The notes below the pieces were generated by a model. That model was given only the letters and a program-made list of their open reading frames with translations, searched no databases and had not been told where the DNA came from. A stretch of DNA of 64,000 nucleotides from Kudoa neothunni (lineage: Eukaryota; Animalia; Cnidaria): assembly GCA_964304625.1 (NCBI GenBank), contig OZ199839.1:5834311-5898310 (forward strand), written 5' to 3'. Positions 27,139-43,436 of the stretch are shown piece by piece. The position numbers and the translations under genes are program-made. Within the stretch, counting starts at the first letter, position 1. Each line of letters begins with the position of its first letter.

Positions 27139-30076
27139 ATGAAAGATTTTGTCTACTTTTTGGGAATTTGTACTTTTCTATCATGTATATAAAAAAATTA
27201 CAACAAATATTATTGATTATTTATAGCCTACTTTTTGCTTATATACACTGTAGAAGATCAGTCGGGTGTTTCAGTTCCAGCCGCTACTGAAAACTCTTTA
27301 GTTTATAAACTTGTGGCAGAAGAAAATGTATTGAAACTTAATTTAGTATTAAGTGGAACCGATTACACTACGGGGAAATATTGTCATATTAAACAATCCA
27401 ACAAAGATGACACAGATCTTGTTGAAATAACCACATGCTCTGGTGAAGGTTACATAGCAGATACTAACAAATGTGTTTGGACATATTCAGCGATTCAAAA
27501 TAAATTAGCTTTTGATAGGTCTTCTTCAAGTGCTAAGTATATCGCTGTCTATACAGAAACTGTTGCAGCGACCGCTGCAGATAAAAATAATGGTGGAATT
27601 GTATTTGGATTAGAGTTGCGTAATTAAAGCATTAGATATTTATAGTAAATTTACTTAGCATTATTGGTCAATCCGCAAGTTGCTGTAACGAAAAATGACC
27701 AAAAACTCAAATTTAGCACAAAAACGTGTAAACCGGTGAATTGTCCGATATTTTATAAGGATGTGAGATATACAGAAGGGGGAGCTAAGCAAAGTTGCAA
27801 TGTAAATAATGAAAGTGAAGTAGAGTTTAATTTGATGATCCCACACTATGAAATGAAATGCGAAAATTATCCTAGTTTCTTTTACAACCTGCAAAATAAA
27901 TATACTCTTACAACATTTTATGTTTATCAACCACAATATTACGTGACCTCTAGTTCGAGTTCTCCAACGAAGTATATGCTAAAAGTTTACAAACAAATTT
28001 CCTTTCGAAATGTGTCTTTTCAGTATAAGAGATCCGACAACAGTGATTTCAGCTGCAAGTGCCAATGATTACCAATCAAAATGTGGATCGGAAGGGAAAA
28101 AATGTCATGCACCTTGTAATAACGTAGAACTTGAATTCACTCCCACCAAGTCTGTGGTAGAAATATTGATTCAAACTAGACACGTACCACTCGCCAAAAA
28201 TGGCGCCACATATGAAGGATACACTCAGAAAAAATTTGGTAATTAATGGATATTTACTCATTTATGACCTTTTCATAGTTGTCAAAGAAACTACCGATTC
28301 TATCTTATTGTCAGCACACACATCTACTGGTGTTACGCTTAATGTTCCCTTGTACCAACCAGCAAATGATCCTAAATTTTCTGGGTTGTACTGTAACTTA
28401 TTATGAAGCAGACAAGCCTAAACCTAATTCTCCTGGAAGGCCAAAATGTAAAAAAAACAATGCACAATGTGAAGCAGTGTGTACTGCTGCTCTAGAGGAT
28501 TACAGACCTTTCTAATGGAAAATCATATATTTCTTGAAATTGCAGCAGGGAAATTCCAATAGTCCTCTTCAAGATTTTAAAGAACGTATATTCTTTCGAA
28601 CAGGTAATAAAATAAAAAAAATATTTTTTTACAATAAATATATAGAAAAAAAAAACTGATTCTAACTTTTCTGAGACAAAACCGATAGTAACAGATACAA
28701 CAGCCTCAATTAATGCAATTGATGAAGCCACCACAGTTACATCTTCTGACAAAACATGTGCTTACTATATAAGCCCTCATGGGAAAGATGTTTATGTGTG
28801 TGCGATGTGCGAAGATAGTTATCCCTGCAGAGGTTATTGTAAGGAGTCTCAAAAAATCATAGGATTAATGCCTGGAACTGAATATGACGTAAAAGGTTGT
28901 TGCACATGAGGAAATATGGTGAAAAAAATAGTCAAAATTACAACTAGTATATAAATAATTATTTTCCTCGAATTAAATAACTAATTATGTTTCAAGCTTT
29001 GTCAACATTAGCACTACAATCGGAATTTATAGAAAACGGCTTTTAAGGTGGCAGGTGTTACTTTCAACATCTTATTCTACAGCTATTTGTCACTACAAAG
29101 TAAAAGTAAAGAAAGGGACAGAATCTGAATTGGTCTATCAATGCCCATCATCAGCCTCTACAACAAATATTGGGACAGCCTCTATTATAACCAAGGCTTC
29201 TAAAAATAAAAATAGCCAGGACAACTAATGAAAAACAACCACAGAATGCACCATCATCAAATAAAAACCCCGAAATAACTCCATGCACGCAACCACCATT
29301 ATGTACTGATATTATATTCAATGAAGGATACGTAGCAGACAAAGATATGAAGTTTTGGTTACGGCTGTAGGCAGATCTGCAGAAACTACCATCAAAATAC
29401 CCATAAGTAATAAAAAATCTAATTCTAGATTCATATCGTTTATATTTTAAGTTAATTTTTAAAATTATTAAAATGTGTACATTAATGCTTGTTATACTAA
29501 ATTTTTAATTTAGATCCACAGTCTCCCGCCACGAAGACTTCAATCAAATTAACTGTGGTGTTACAAGAGAAGGCGAGAAAACATAAAAGTTAAAACTTCT
29601 CTTCCTACAGGCGTTGATGAACGGTCGTTATGTAAATGGGAATTGAAAAATTGGGATTGATCCATCCAAACCAATCGTCCAAAAATGCATGGCAATTGGT
29701 GAACAAGGTTGTTCAGCTTTTTCCATCGTGCAAGGAATTTACAATTTTCAAATGTGGATATTACTAGCAATTACCGTTTGATGTTATACCACAGTACAGA
29801 TAACAAACATCACTGGTTCAGTCGAAATCCAGAAAGGTAGCTGAATAAATGATGATGTTCGTTATTTCTGATTATTGATTAGATGATGAGTCAAACAAAT
29901 CCATGTAAAATAAAATTGTTCGTTTCTTTTTTTATTTATTTTAGGTCGAAAAATACTATGTAATTATTGATGGGAATATCTTGTTAATCAATTATTTTAG
30001 AATTATTGCTGTAGTAGTTCCAATGCTCATCATCGTTATTGGGTGTGGGATTCTATCTAGGATATTGGAAAAATAA
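27139..30076 (+). CDS. Lineage-specific type I membrane protein: signal peptide, Cys-rich ectodomain with an FN3-like segment, C-terminal TM; several frame disruptions
   Basis: MKDFVYFLGICTFLS followed by short GT-AG introns joining ORFs 27235, 27664, 28010 and 28279. IIGLMPGTEYDVK (about 28860-28895) resembles the FN3 L.PGT.Y motif. TM IIAVVVPMLIIVIGCGILS and stop at 30074-30076. Confidence 0.6.
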
Positions 30077-31204
30077 GGAACTAAAATTTTTGTTGTTGAA
30101 GAATTCTTTTAAAAATTACCGTTCGATTTAGCGGAGAATATTAAAATTATATCATATATATTGGTTATCTATTAGATTTTATTTATTTTATTAATTTTTA
30201 GGACCTAATTAATTAGTTTTACGCATATTTATTTTTTTGGAACATTGTATTTCTCTCTTTATTTTATACGAGCGGAAGAAATTGCGCAGCGTCGCTTGGG
30301 GGGAAAATTTCGCCTAGAGACGTTTTTAAATAACATTAAAAAATATTTTGAAGTTTCGAATTAACTCATAGAAATAAAAAAACTAAGAAAATTTTAAGCA
30401 ACATACTCTAACGATTTGGATTATGAAATTTAAATTATGATAATTTCCTTGGAGGAGTGTTCCAATCCCGGCGTTCATTTAAAAATTTCGTGGTGAGACA
30501 CCAACACTAAATAATTTAGGGTCAGCGATAGCATCGTGTTTTGTCCATTCCCGAATTATTTAAATCCCGTTAGAATGTTATCTATGTTGTTTCAGCTTCC
30601 TCATGCGCTAAGTCGGCCTCTATATCACGTTTTGCGCTCGTCCTGGTTAGCACCCTTAGAAACACTTTTTTTAACGCACCCACCAAAAACAACAAATTAT
30701 CGACTATGAGTCGATTTAGAGGATAATAAATATATATATATAACAATCTAAAACGTTATATTTTGGCCTGGAAGAATTTATAAAACTCGAATTCTAGCCG
30801 ATTCGGAAACTGTGTGCAGCGCTAAGTTTTTATGAGATAAAAAAATAGAAAAAGTAATAGAGATGGAAGAAAATGTATGAAAATTAATTGATAATGCTAA
30901 AATTAGCATCGCTTGGCCCGGCATAAACATTAATGCACTTCTCTCAAACAAACAGCTAAAAATCGTTTCAAAATCAACACAAATAATTCATATAATTAAA
31001 AGAAGTAAGATTACAACTATCTGCATTGAAATTACTCACTGAAAGTTTAACATAGCGGATAATTTTAATGAAATCCACGAACCGAGCGCTTGCATCATAA
31101 TGTTTTAATCTATCCTATTATAGCAAGCTCTCCTAATTTGCTATTAATGTTGCAAATATATACTCTTTTCCATATATAAAACAATGAATAGCACTTTTAA
31201 AATA

Positions 31205-34640
<3,436 letters not shown>

Positions 34641-35076
34641 TATGGAGGTAAGTAACCCATATTGGCTTGGAAATCGTACAAAAAGAGTAATGGAAAACTT
34701 ACCCTTAACCTACCTCAAACCCCTAACCTCGAACAATGCAGATAACTTTCATAAATATTTTAAAGCATATTCGAACAGTCGCATTCAGGACTGAATCATT
34801 TGGTAGAAAAGCTGCAAAAATGTCAAAGCGTCAATGAGCAAGAAATAGAATTTCTGATAGCTAATCCATTGAATAGTTCCACTGCAAATAAAACCAATGA
34901 CAAAAGAAAAAAAATAATAGTGGTGTGCGAAATTTATAAGCGCTACGACGGATTATTTTATGTTAAAACACTAGTCAAACTGTATAATTGGTGTGTGTAT
35001 AGGTTGGACTATTTATTTTATGTAATTATAACGGTTTTCCACAAAAAATCGTTTTTTCTATGTTATTCCAACCTTC

Positions 35077-36040
35077 ATGGTCAAAATGGAACGTTCGGCA
35101 AAATTTCGCCTCACGTCAAATCTGCAGCGAATGATTTCCCTAAGAAGGTCTTTTGATAATATTTTTAGCAATGAGGATAACTCCATCCATTATCTCATCG
35201 CTATTGGTATATCTAAAGCACCAAATAACTGTATTAAGTGTCATGGTACCAACCATTCTATTCTATACATCTAAAAAATTGGCGATGCTGTTCGAGATAG
35301 TGTAGAAAAGAAACTTTTATTTTTGATTCCACATTTTTAAGCAATACGAAAATTAAACTACATGATTTGTTGGAATTATAATATTACTGGTTGATGGGTG
35401 TAAAAACCGTTAACACGGGTGCAATTACCGGACATTCGTCTCAAACAATAACTAATTATTGTCACTATTTTAGCCAGTTGGTAGCGGATAGTTTAGACTC
35501 TGAAGACATAGCTACTGGGGGTGAAAAAATATTTGTAGAGATCGACGAGATCAAATATAGCAAGGTGAAGCATAACATGAGACATGACGTTAATGGAGCC
35601 TGGGTTATTGGAGATGTGGAAAGGACACCAAAACAAAAATTTATTTTTGGTGGAGGTTCCTGAAAGAACCGCTTAGACTCTTATCCAAAAAATTAAAACT
35701 TACGTCCATCCTGGCTCTATTGCCGTAACTGATTGCTTCAAAAGTTATGGAGCATTACACAATTTCTACACTCACCTCATTGTGAATCATATATAGAATA
35801 TGTGGACAATACCACAGGAGTTCATAAAAACACCATTGAAAGTACCTGAGGTACTATCAAATATAAAATTTCATAAAGAAATAGGCCATTTTCAATTAGA
35901 TAAGATGGTTCTATCTGTATGGATGGTATCAACGAATTTTTCGATGAATTTTAATCGAGAAGGAAAAAAATCACGATTTATGGGATGGCTTTGTATCCTC
36001 GTTAAAAAAATTTTAGTTTACTATCAATTAGATTAGTATT
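35077..36040 (+). mobile_element. Merlin (IS1595/ISXO2-like) transposase remnant
   Basis: Zn-ribbon C..C...WRC...CRK; GGEKIFVEIDE; WVIGDVER; VPERTA.TL...I...VHPGS...TDCFKSY; H..VNH; GVHKNTIEST. TIRs not resolved. Confidence 0.88.
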
Positions 36041-38483
36041 ATTTTGTTGTGTCAATCATAGTTGTATACAACAAGGACCCAATTTTACGTAATCCACTCG
36101 GGACCAAGAGAAAAATGCATCAAATCGGTCACCTCCAATTCCACGTACCCGCGCTCGCAAATATTTAGGGAAAATTGACCTTTATTAATGATTGAGTTGA
36201 GTTTAAAAAGCCTAGTTAACTATATATTAATTTTTAAAATATTATTAACCCCTGAAATATGTGTAAACAACAAAAAAACTATTAAATACTCATCTTGTTG
36301 TTGTTGTAGTTGGTAGAATAAAATAGTTTCGCCTACATGGTAAATAAAAATTTTCAGGGTATTCCTTACAAACTTTAGAGTTTAGGGTTGTGATTGATCT
36401 ACTATTAAGTAATTTTAGATGTAACATCAGCAGATTAACTAATAATAAAATTTGATTTTTTTGATTTTGGAACTTTTCTTTAAAACAACGAAACCCTCGA
36501 CTAATTGATTTCTCTTGAAGATTATTGTGACGGTGATTACTACAATCTTTCTGCTTCGTGCTCACTCAATCCGCTCATACACATCTTCATCAACAGAATG
36601 AAATTACCCTGCTTGAAAATGAATACTATTTTTGAATTCTAAAAACATTTATAGGTTTTGATTATTTTATTTTTCCACTCTAGGATGCCATTAATAGTCG
36701 GGATAATAGATATTTTAAAACGTGAGACAGTAACAGTTTTTGGAACATTAGATTGGAAACTTTCAAAATAATTAGAAATATTGCACATTTTGGCAATAAA
36801 TATAGTTTAGGAGTTTTTGACATTAACTATTGACTTAACTAACAAATAAATAGGAAATACCCAAAAAAGCGCGCGAAATTGATCAATCACGTGATTTTTA
36901 TTTAAATAATTTATCAACTTTTTAAAATAATTTTTATGAAAATTTTGATTGAGATATTATTAGCAACAAATTACACAAACAATGACCAATCAATATTCTG
37001 ACTAAATAGGTTTTTAAAAATTGCGCTTGAGCCATAATGCGTACGTCCCGTACACACTACTGTATAACGTTCTTATGTCTAGTTACCTTCTTCCATTACA
37101 ACGAGGCTAAATATTACATTAAAACAAAAGGTAATTACATGCTTAATATTAAATATATCCAGTTTAATATTCCGAAATAAAATTTAAGGGTACTGTGCAC
37201 ATGCGCATGTGCAGAAGAGTCGAGTTGGGACCATGTCGTTTTGAGTGAATTCGTGCAAACGGCATGGCAAAACGGATGCCTCCGTGTTATCCCGTATGAT
37301 CTCGTGTATATATATTCCTTATTTTCTCAGTGTTCTTCCCGCAGAATTAAATCAAAATCGTCTAATCATTTTTTTAAATATTCTGCTATCATTTAAAGCA
37401 ATATGGGTTAAGATCTAAGATCAGTTCAGTTTTTGAAAAAGCCAAAATCGATTTTGAAAATTTGTTTTTAATAAATATAAATTAGCTTTTATTATTTATT
37501 GATACAGTCTAAAATAGGTAAACGCGTTTTTAAAATAGTAAAAAGACAAAAAATATTTTTGAATGGCGTGTTTTAACCGTGAACAAATTTTGTAATTAAT
37601 ATTACAAGAATTGTATCTGGTATTTGGAGCTATTTTGTTAGGCTTTATAATAAAAGAATAAAATGTAATAAATGTGACTTCGTACTAATACAATTGAAAA
37701 TTTCTCTTGTATTGATGGAACCATTTCAGAAATTTTAAAAATGAAATTTATCAAACGTTGGTTCGAACTACGCACCATTTGGTTTGATATATTTATGTTT
37801 TTAAGGTTCGATTCGAACATTCATAAAAAAAATATTTTCTACAAATGACTTTAAATTTGGAGCTAGAAGACGCCGTTAATTTCATTGAACTGAATGATCA
37901 AATCCAAAACTATAAACCTTCCAAATCTCAGATGAATTTAGACAATTAGATAAATTACGTGTCCAGACCCAGACCAAACGGAAAAAAATATTGTTCCCAT
38001 TTAGTGAAATTAAAAATTTTATTGATCACGATGTGACGTCAGATCACTTAGAAAGGGTTCGTAAAACTCATTCTAATATTAGACCTACGAGTATTGACTC
38101 AGACAGTTGTTTTACCTTATACAATACAACCGTGCTATTTCCCCGTTGAGAACAAAATTGAATGACTCGAAACTTAAAACCATTCTGTTTATTTATGAAA
38201 ATAGAAATAATTACATTGAAATTTGAATCATGAAATCTTTTATTATGTGTTTGAAACCATGTTACTGTAAGAGATTTATAATCGTTTTGAAATGCAGTAA
38301 AAAATAATTAAAAATAATATCAAATTCAATTCAATTGTAAAATAACTCAAAATTTTGTTTAAAAGAGCATATTTAATCAATGAACGACTAAAATAAGGTA
38401 TCAAACAATCACATTTTTACATTTTTTTTGCATGAAACAAATTGATATTGATACTTGAAAGATTATTTACAAAACCGAAAACC

Positions 38484-38530
38484 AATTCTAGATTCTAGAT
38501 TCTATTCCAGATTCCAGATTCTATTCTAGA
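38484..38530. repeat. Short degenerate tandem repeat (ATTCTAG/ATTCCAG)n
   Basis: Read directly. Confidence 0.85.
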
Positions 38531-38851
38531 AACAACCGAATCTTCCTAACCCCTATAAAGCAATAAAAACCCTGATATCAAATTGACCCCAAATATGCAT
38601 ATTTTATGTGTATCGTTGTTTATTCTACTTTTCAAATTTTGATTGAATAATTATAAAATAAAATGTGTCTTAGGAGAATACACCAGATATTACTATTGTT
38701 AAATTCTTCTATGTATATAGAACTTGTGGTACAATAAGCTTAAGGGTCAACTTCGACCCAGAAACGCTCGGAAAATCAAACAAATATAATAAATTTTCAA
38801 ATAAAACACATATTTTGTATGCATTCGCTCGTTCGCAAAAAATCTACAACA

Positions 38852-40285
38852 TTATATAGAATTAGACGTGAAACGCTGCCTAAATTCTTTATAGAAATCA
38901 TCTTGAAACCATCCATCTGTAAAGTCACATTTATCCCTCTAATAATCGGGAAAAATCAATGAATTTAGACACTGTAGAAGTTGGTTTACTTTATTGTTGA
39001 CACATTTACTAACGTATTCTTTAGCTTGGGGATGTTCTATATCGATCAGTTGATAAATACCCGCTTTACTGTCTACAAAATTATGGAGTAAATGGGTGTC
39101 AGTCTTATCGGAGGTTGCCGTGGATAGGTTCGACTATAAATCAAAAAACAATTATAACCGTAAAATCACCTAAACAATAAACTTTTTTAGGAGAAGGTTT
39201 AGATTTGTTGTAATATCGATGATTGAAGGTTTGAAGGATAGCCGACTCACTGTCTACTCTAGGATCATATCCGTTAGCATTCCACGCCCGAGCCCATGGT
39301 CCATCCATCCAATAAAACGCCAAATAATGAACAATTTTGTTGAGAATATCTTTTGGAATATCAATCGAATTCTCGATGTACAATTTTGTGCATATTTTCC
39401 TTCACATCATTCGAACAGTTTATAACAACAATTCACCGGTCACATTTTACCGTTTTTTGAAAATTTCATTCAATTTTGCCCAATCATCTTTGGAAATTTT
39501 ATAAATGGACGGAATATCTAATTTCTTATGATGCTGTGTTTGGGGTGGTACAGCTCCAGACATATAACTCACATGTTTTATCTCGTTTGTTGGAATCTCT
39601 CTAAAGTTGACATGGTGTCCTCACACTTTACCGAACCCAACCACAACAACAAATACTCATGATCATTAAGGGGAAATTGAGATATTTCTGAGATGTTGAA
39701 AGATTCGTCGGTTTTCTGTCGTCTTGATAAAGTGAATTCATGCGGCTGGTCCAAAAGGGACAATTTCAAAGGGACAAAATGAAGCTGCTGAGAGCGATTC
39801 AATGCTTCAGCGCCGAAATTGTTTTCAATTGTATTTCGAATTGCCACAGGAGTAGGCAGTTGGAAGTCGAATATATTATTGAATCTATATTTTTTCGAGA
39901 GGTTTTATTGAATTGCTCTTGTGTGAATATTTTTACTCGAATAATTTTGAAGCAACTCCTATCACTTTTACTTGAATTTCTCCTGTTTTCCGATGTTTTC
40001 GAACCTTCACAATTACAGCCTTATTAGACGAAAGTTTCGCTTCAAGTGGAATAGCGTTGAAATCCTTGTTATTGTAGCTATTCAAAATATTCCTAGTATG
40101 CTAATCGCACTACATTCCTCAACCTACCGTAATGTCAACATGGGTGCTTCTGATTGTTCTACAGCCACACAATTTTGAATGTTATTGATTCCTCCGAGCG
40201 AATCAAGAACTTTATCGATTGATCTAACATAGCCGGGGTATTTGATACACACAAAGTTCCGCATTGGCGTTGGCTGCGGGCGCAT
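38852..40285 (-). CDS. GTF3C5: General transcription factor IIIC subunit 5 (Tau95/TFIIIC63), multi-exon
   Basis: N-terminal FVCIKYPGYVRSIDKVLDSLGGINNI; LAFYWMDGPWARAWNANGYDPRVD..S..LQT (Tau95 GPW...W...GYDPR motif); terminal exon DGWFQDDFYKEFRQRF with stop at 38852-38854. Confidence 0.9.
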
Positions 40286-41488
40286 TGTAGCCAAATTTCT
40301 CACATAGTTCGTATTTTAATCAATTTCTGGTCTCCTAAAAAATATTATCTTTTCTTCAAAGTTAGTAGTAAACTTTACTTTAAATTGGTTTTAATGTATT
40401 AATGTTTTTTGAATTTATTGCAAATCAATTTGATGATTAATCTATCATTCCGCCTTGAATAGACATACTCCAAATGTTTCTTTTAATATTATCGTATATT
40501 TTTTTTTGTTCAATTACTAAATGAATTTAATCTATAGGTTATTTGCGTATTTTCTTTGATGTGGATCAGACGTCACTTTTTATTTTTCATAATTCTAGAA
40601 AATATTTTAGTTATCTTTGCGTTGAAGTTATATGAAATTATTATACATAATATTTGGTATAATTCACAAATTCTTTAAAATTCTATCCGCGCTTGCGCGA
40701 GAAATGAGGAATTTTACTGCGAGCGTGTGTCTCCGATTTATCGAATATTTTGTTAAGCTAAAGTGATACTGCGTTTAAGTGTTACAAAATTAAAATTAAT
40801 TTATTCTATTAATAATAAAATTGGAAATATAATTTATTTTTTTTAATATTTATATTATTTTAAATTAAATATAACCGTATAAATAATTTTATATTAATCC
40901 TCTTTTGTCGTAACTTTATTTGATAATATTCATACGTCGTATTGTTAGAGTAGATATATTTTTAATAAACTTCCAATAAAGTGATATATGTGCATGGATC
41001 ATCACGAAATAAATTATTATTTTATAACTTTTAAAAATATACTAAGCAAAAAATGTTGTTATTTAACTATTATCTAAATATAAAGTATGTTCATTTTTAA
41101 AAGGAATAAATAATTAGATTTTAAGCTGAAAATGACTATGATTTAAAAGATGACTTATTTTGGACCATTCAGATTCCTTTTGCGAAAAATAATTTATCAC
41201 TAATTTATTTTTAACAATTTAAACACTATTAAATACAATAAATAATAGCTAAATCTATGCGAGGATATTATAAAGCGTTTTATTTGGAAATATTAATGTG
41301 CTGATTAAGGAAAAAATATTCGAATATTATAGTGTGACAGGTCACAGCTTGATTGCACTAAATAATCTCGAGTGATAGAATATTTGCTATTGTGAAATAA
41401 AAAAACCAGAAGATGCTCAAAAATATGAATCTTTTATAAACTAATCTAACTAGTGACCTGTAGGAGAATGCTGGCCGACCTCATCAAA

Positions 41489-42157
41489 TCAGTCCATAGA
41501 ATGACCTTTGGAGCTGAGACTAAGGATGTGATGGCGTCGATGTTTCGTACAACAGTCAGGAGGACAGATTGGGGCGCAAACGCTTTGGCAAATTGTAGGG
41601 CATACAACTGGAGGAGGTGGTGGTGGTGGTGGGGCACAACATTGAGGTGGGCAATCAATATTACAAACCTCAACTGTGCAAGTTGGAGGACAAGGTGGAG
41701 GTGGTGGCGGTGGTGCAGGAGCAGCACCAACACAACAGTACTGAGGGCAAGATTCAACGCAGTTGTTATAGCAGGTGTATGGGCAGACTTGAAGTGGTGG
41801 AGGAGGTGGAGCAGGAGCGCCCGGTTCCCCAGGTGGACCCATAAGGCCTTGTGGACCAGGTGGACCTGGTGGTCCGTTTGGACCTTTCATCCCAGGAACG
41901 CCTGGAGGTCCAGGTACTCCAGGTGGGCCGGGTGGAGGTGGGGGAAGATCTGAACAACACATCGGGGGACATGCTGGTACGCAAGTTGTGGCACAGATTG
42001 GTGGACATTGATTGATGTATTGCTTTTTTATGGAAGCACCTAGTTTGAATTAAACCAACTGAATGGGACTTTATTTAATAAGACGAATACTTGCTGGTGT
42101 CGGGTTGGCTAGAAAAGATATTGCAAACAACAAGCACACATCGAAAACCACGACCAT
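41489..42157 (-). CDS. Ncol: Minicollagen (nematocyst/polar capsule wall protein), 205 aa; exons 42157-42091 and 42039-41489, 51-nt intron
   Basis: Signal peptide [17 protein letters not shown]; N-terminal [21 protein letters not shown]; polyPro; 13 Gly-X-Y triplets; polyPro; three C-terminal CRDs. Spliced length 618 nt is in frame. Confidence 0.97.
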
Positions 42158-42526
42158 TTTCAACTTTGAGGGTCCAATCAAGCAAAATCAAAAATTGTAT
42201 ACAAGTGTCAGCGTTTTTTCAATTTCTAACCACATACACATAGAGGTGTTATATTTACGACATAGTGACTTTAGGAGTGGCCAGGTCGTACCTGATCGTA
42301 ACAATCAAAATGTTTTAGGTGTTAAAATGGGTCTCAATTGATGATTTTCGGTAAACAAGTTGTGCATATTGAATTTTTGAACGAAACGTGAAATGATTAA
42401 CCTCTCATAAAAAATAAAATTCGAGCAATAAATAAAGACTTTTAAAAAAATTATTCATCAAAATCCATTGCTAATCATTAGTAATTGTACTGACGATGTT
42501 GAGCAACAATGTTGATCGCATCATAT

Positions 42527-43351
42527 TCATGGCGTGTACATCCAAATAAGTGACATGGGAAAAAGTAGTTGTGACACAACAGGTATATAATCAAGTTGTA
42601 CATCACCAGAGTGATCAATGTGTTTGAGAGAGAAATCAGGATAATGATTGATAAGCACAATCACCGAGGGTGTAAACCAATTCAACACAACTACAATCAA
42701 CGATAAAAACGTATAAGCGTAGAGAAATCGATGGTCTCGCTTTGGGATTGAATGCAACACCTCACCACTAAACAGCATCAACAACAACCCACTTGCAATT
42801 GCACCAAAAGGACCCAAGCAAATTCCAACACACATTATTTTGTGTTGATAGGACAAATTTCCAACTTGAACAATTAAGATAGCGACCAAATATGGTAGCA
42901 TGCAAACCACCAAATAGAGAGATGTTTGCTTAAAGTTTTCTACTGTTGGAAAAAATAATAACACCATCACCAACTCGTATTGGCTTAGGGCAAGTATCAT
43001 AGGGTTGAGGAAATGTGTGGAAACAGCGAACACATACAACGCAGAATAAAGAGAATTTTTGGGCGTCGGAGACCCAGTCACCACTGCCCGAATGCTGTAC
43101 ACCATTAGTATGGCGGAGCCGATTAGATTGGCCATAGTCATGGCAATAGAGTGGAATATTTTTCTCATACACACTTTTCTACTCTGATAACAATCATTAA
43201 ACCTGTCTCTAACCAACACAGACAAAAGTATTGCATTAAGTATTGTCGTAGATGTATAGAAGGAGGTGGTTGTAGATAGGCTGTGAAAAAAAGGTGGAGA
43301 ACTGTAGCCTAATTGCTGCATTCTCACTAAAAGCTGTTCTAATCTCACCAA
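42527..43351 (-). CDS. Intronless orphan 7TM (GPCR-like) membrane protein; first ATG at 43321
   Basis: 274-codon ORF with about seven hydrophobic segments. Rhodopsin-like echoes: TM1 Asn (ILNAILL), TM2 MANL, TM6 NWFTP, TM7 LLFP. No DRY (SQYEL at that position). Confidence 0.65.
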   Translation of the reverse strand: MVRLEQLLVRMQQLGYSSPPFFHSLSTTTSFYTSTTILNAILLSVLVRDRFNDCYQSRKVCMRKIFHSIAMTMANLIGSAILMVYSIRAVVTGSPTPKNSLYSALYVFAVSTHFLNPMILALSQYELVMVLLFFPTVENFKQTSLYLVVCMLPYLVAILIVQVGNLSYQHKIMCVGICLGPFGAIASGLLLMLFSGEVLHSIPKRDHRFLYAYTFLSLIVVVLNWFTPSVIVLINHYPDFSLKHIDHSGDVQLDYIPVVSQLLFPMSLIWMYTP

Positions 43352-43436
43352 TGTTAGTCACCGCTGAAGAAACTATGCAAGAAAATTGAATAAAAAATAT
43401 AACGATAATCAAATGTTTGAAATAGTAAAACTGCAA

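Noticed and set aside
30270-30900. GC-richer island downstream of the surface-protein gene
   Set aside because: No ORF, terminal repeat or RNA structure identified; likely an unclassified repeat fragment.
37196-37213. Perfect 18-bp palindrome TGCACATGCGCATGTGCA after TAA|GGG
   Set aside because: Could be a Harbinger-like terminus or an NRF1-like site, but no partner TIR or nearby gene start was found.
41446-42008. Overlapping ORFs 41453-41953 (+, Trp/Arg-rich), 41617-41844, 41446-41757 and 41766-42008
   Set aside because: Antisense or alternate-frame shadows of the CCA/CCT-rich minicollagen exon.
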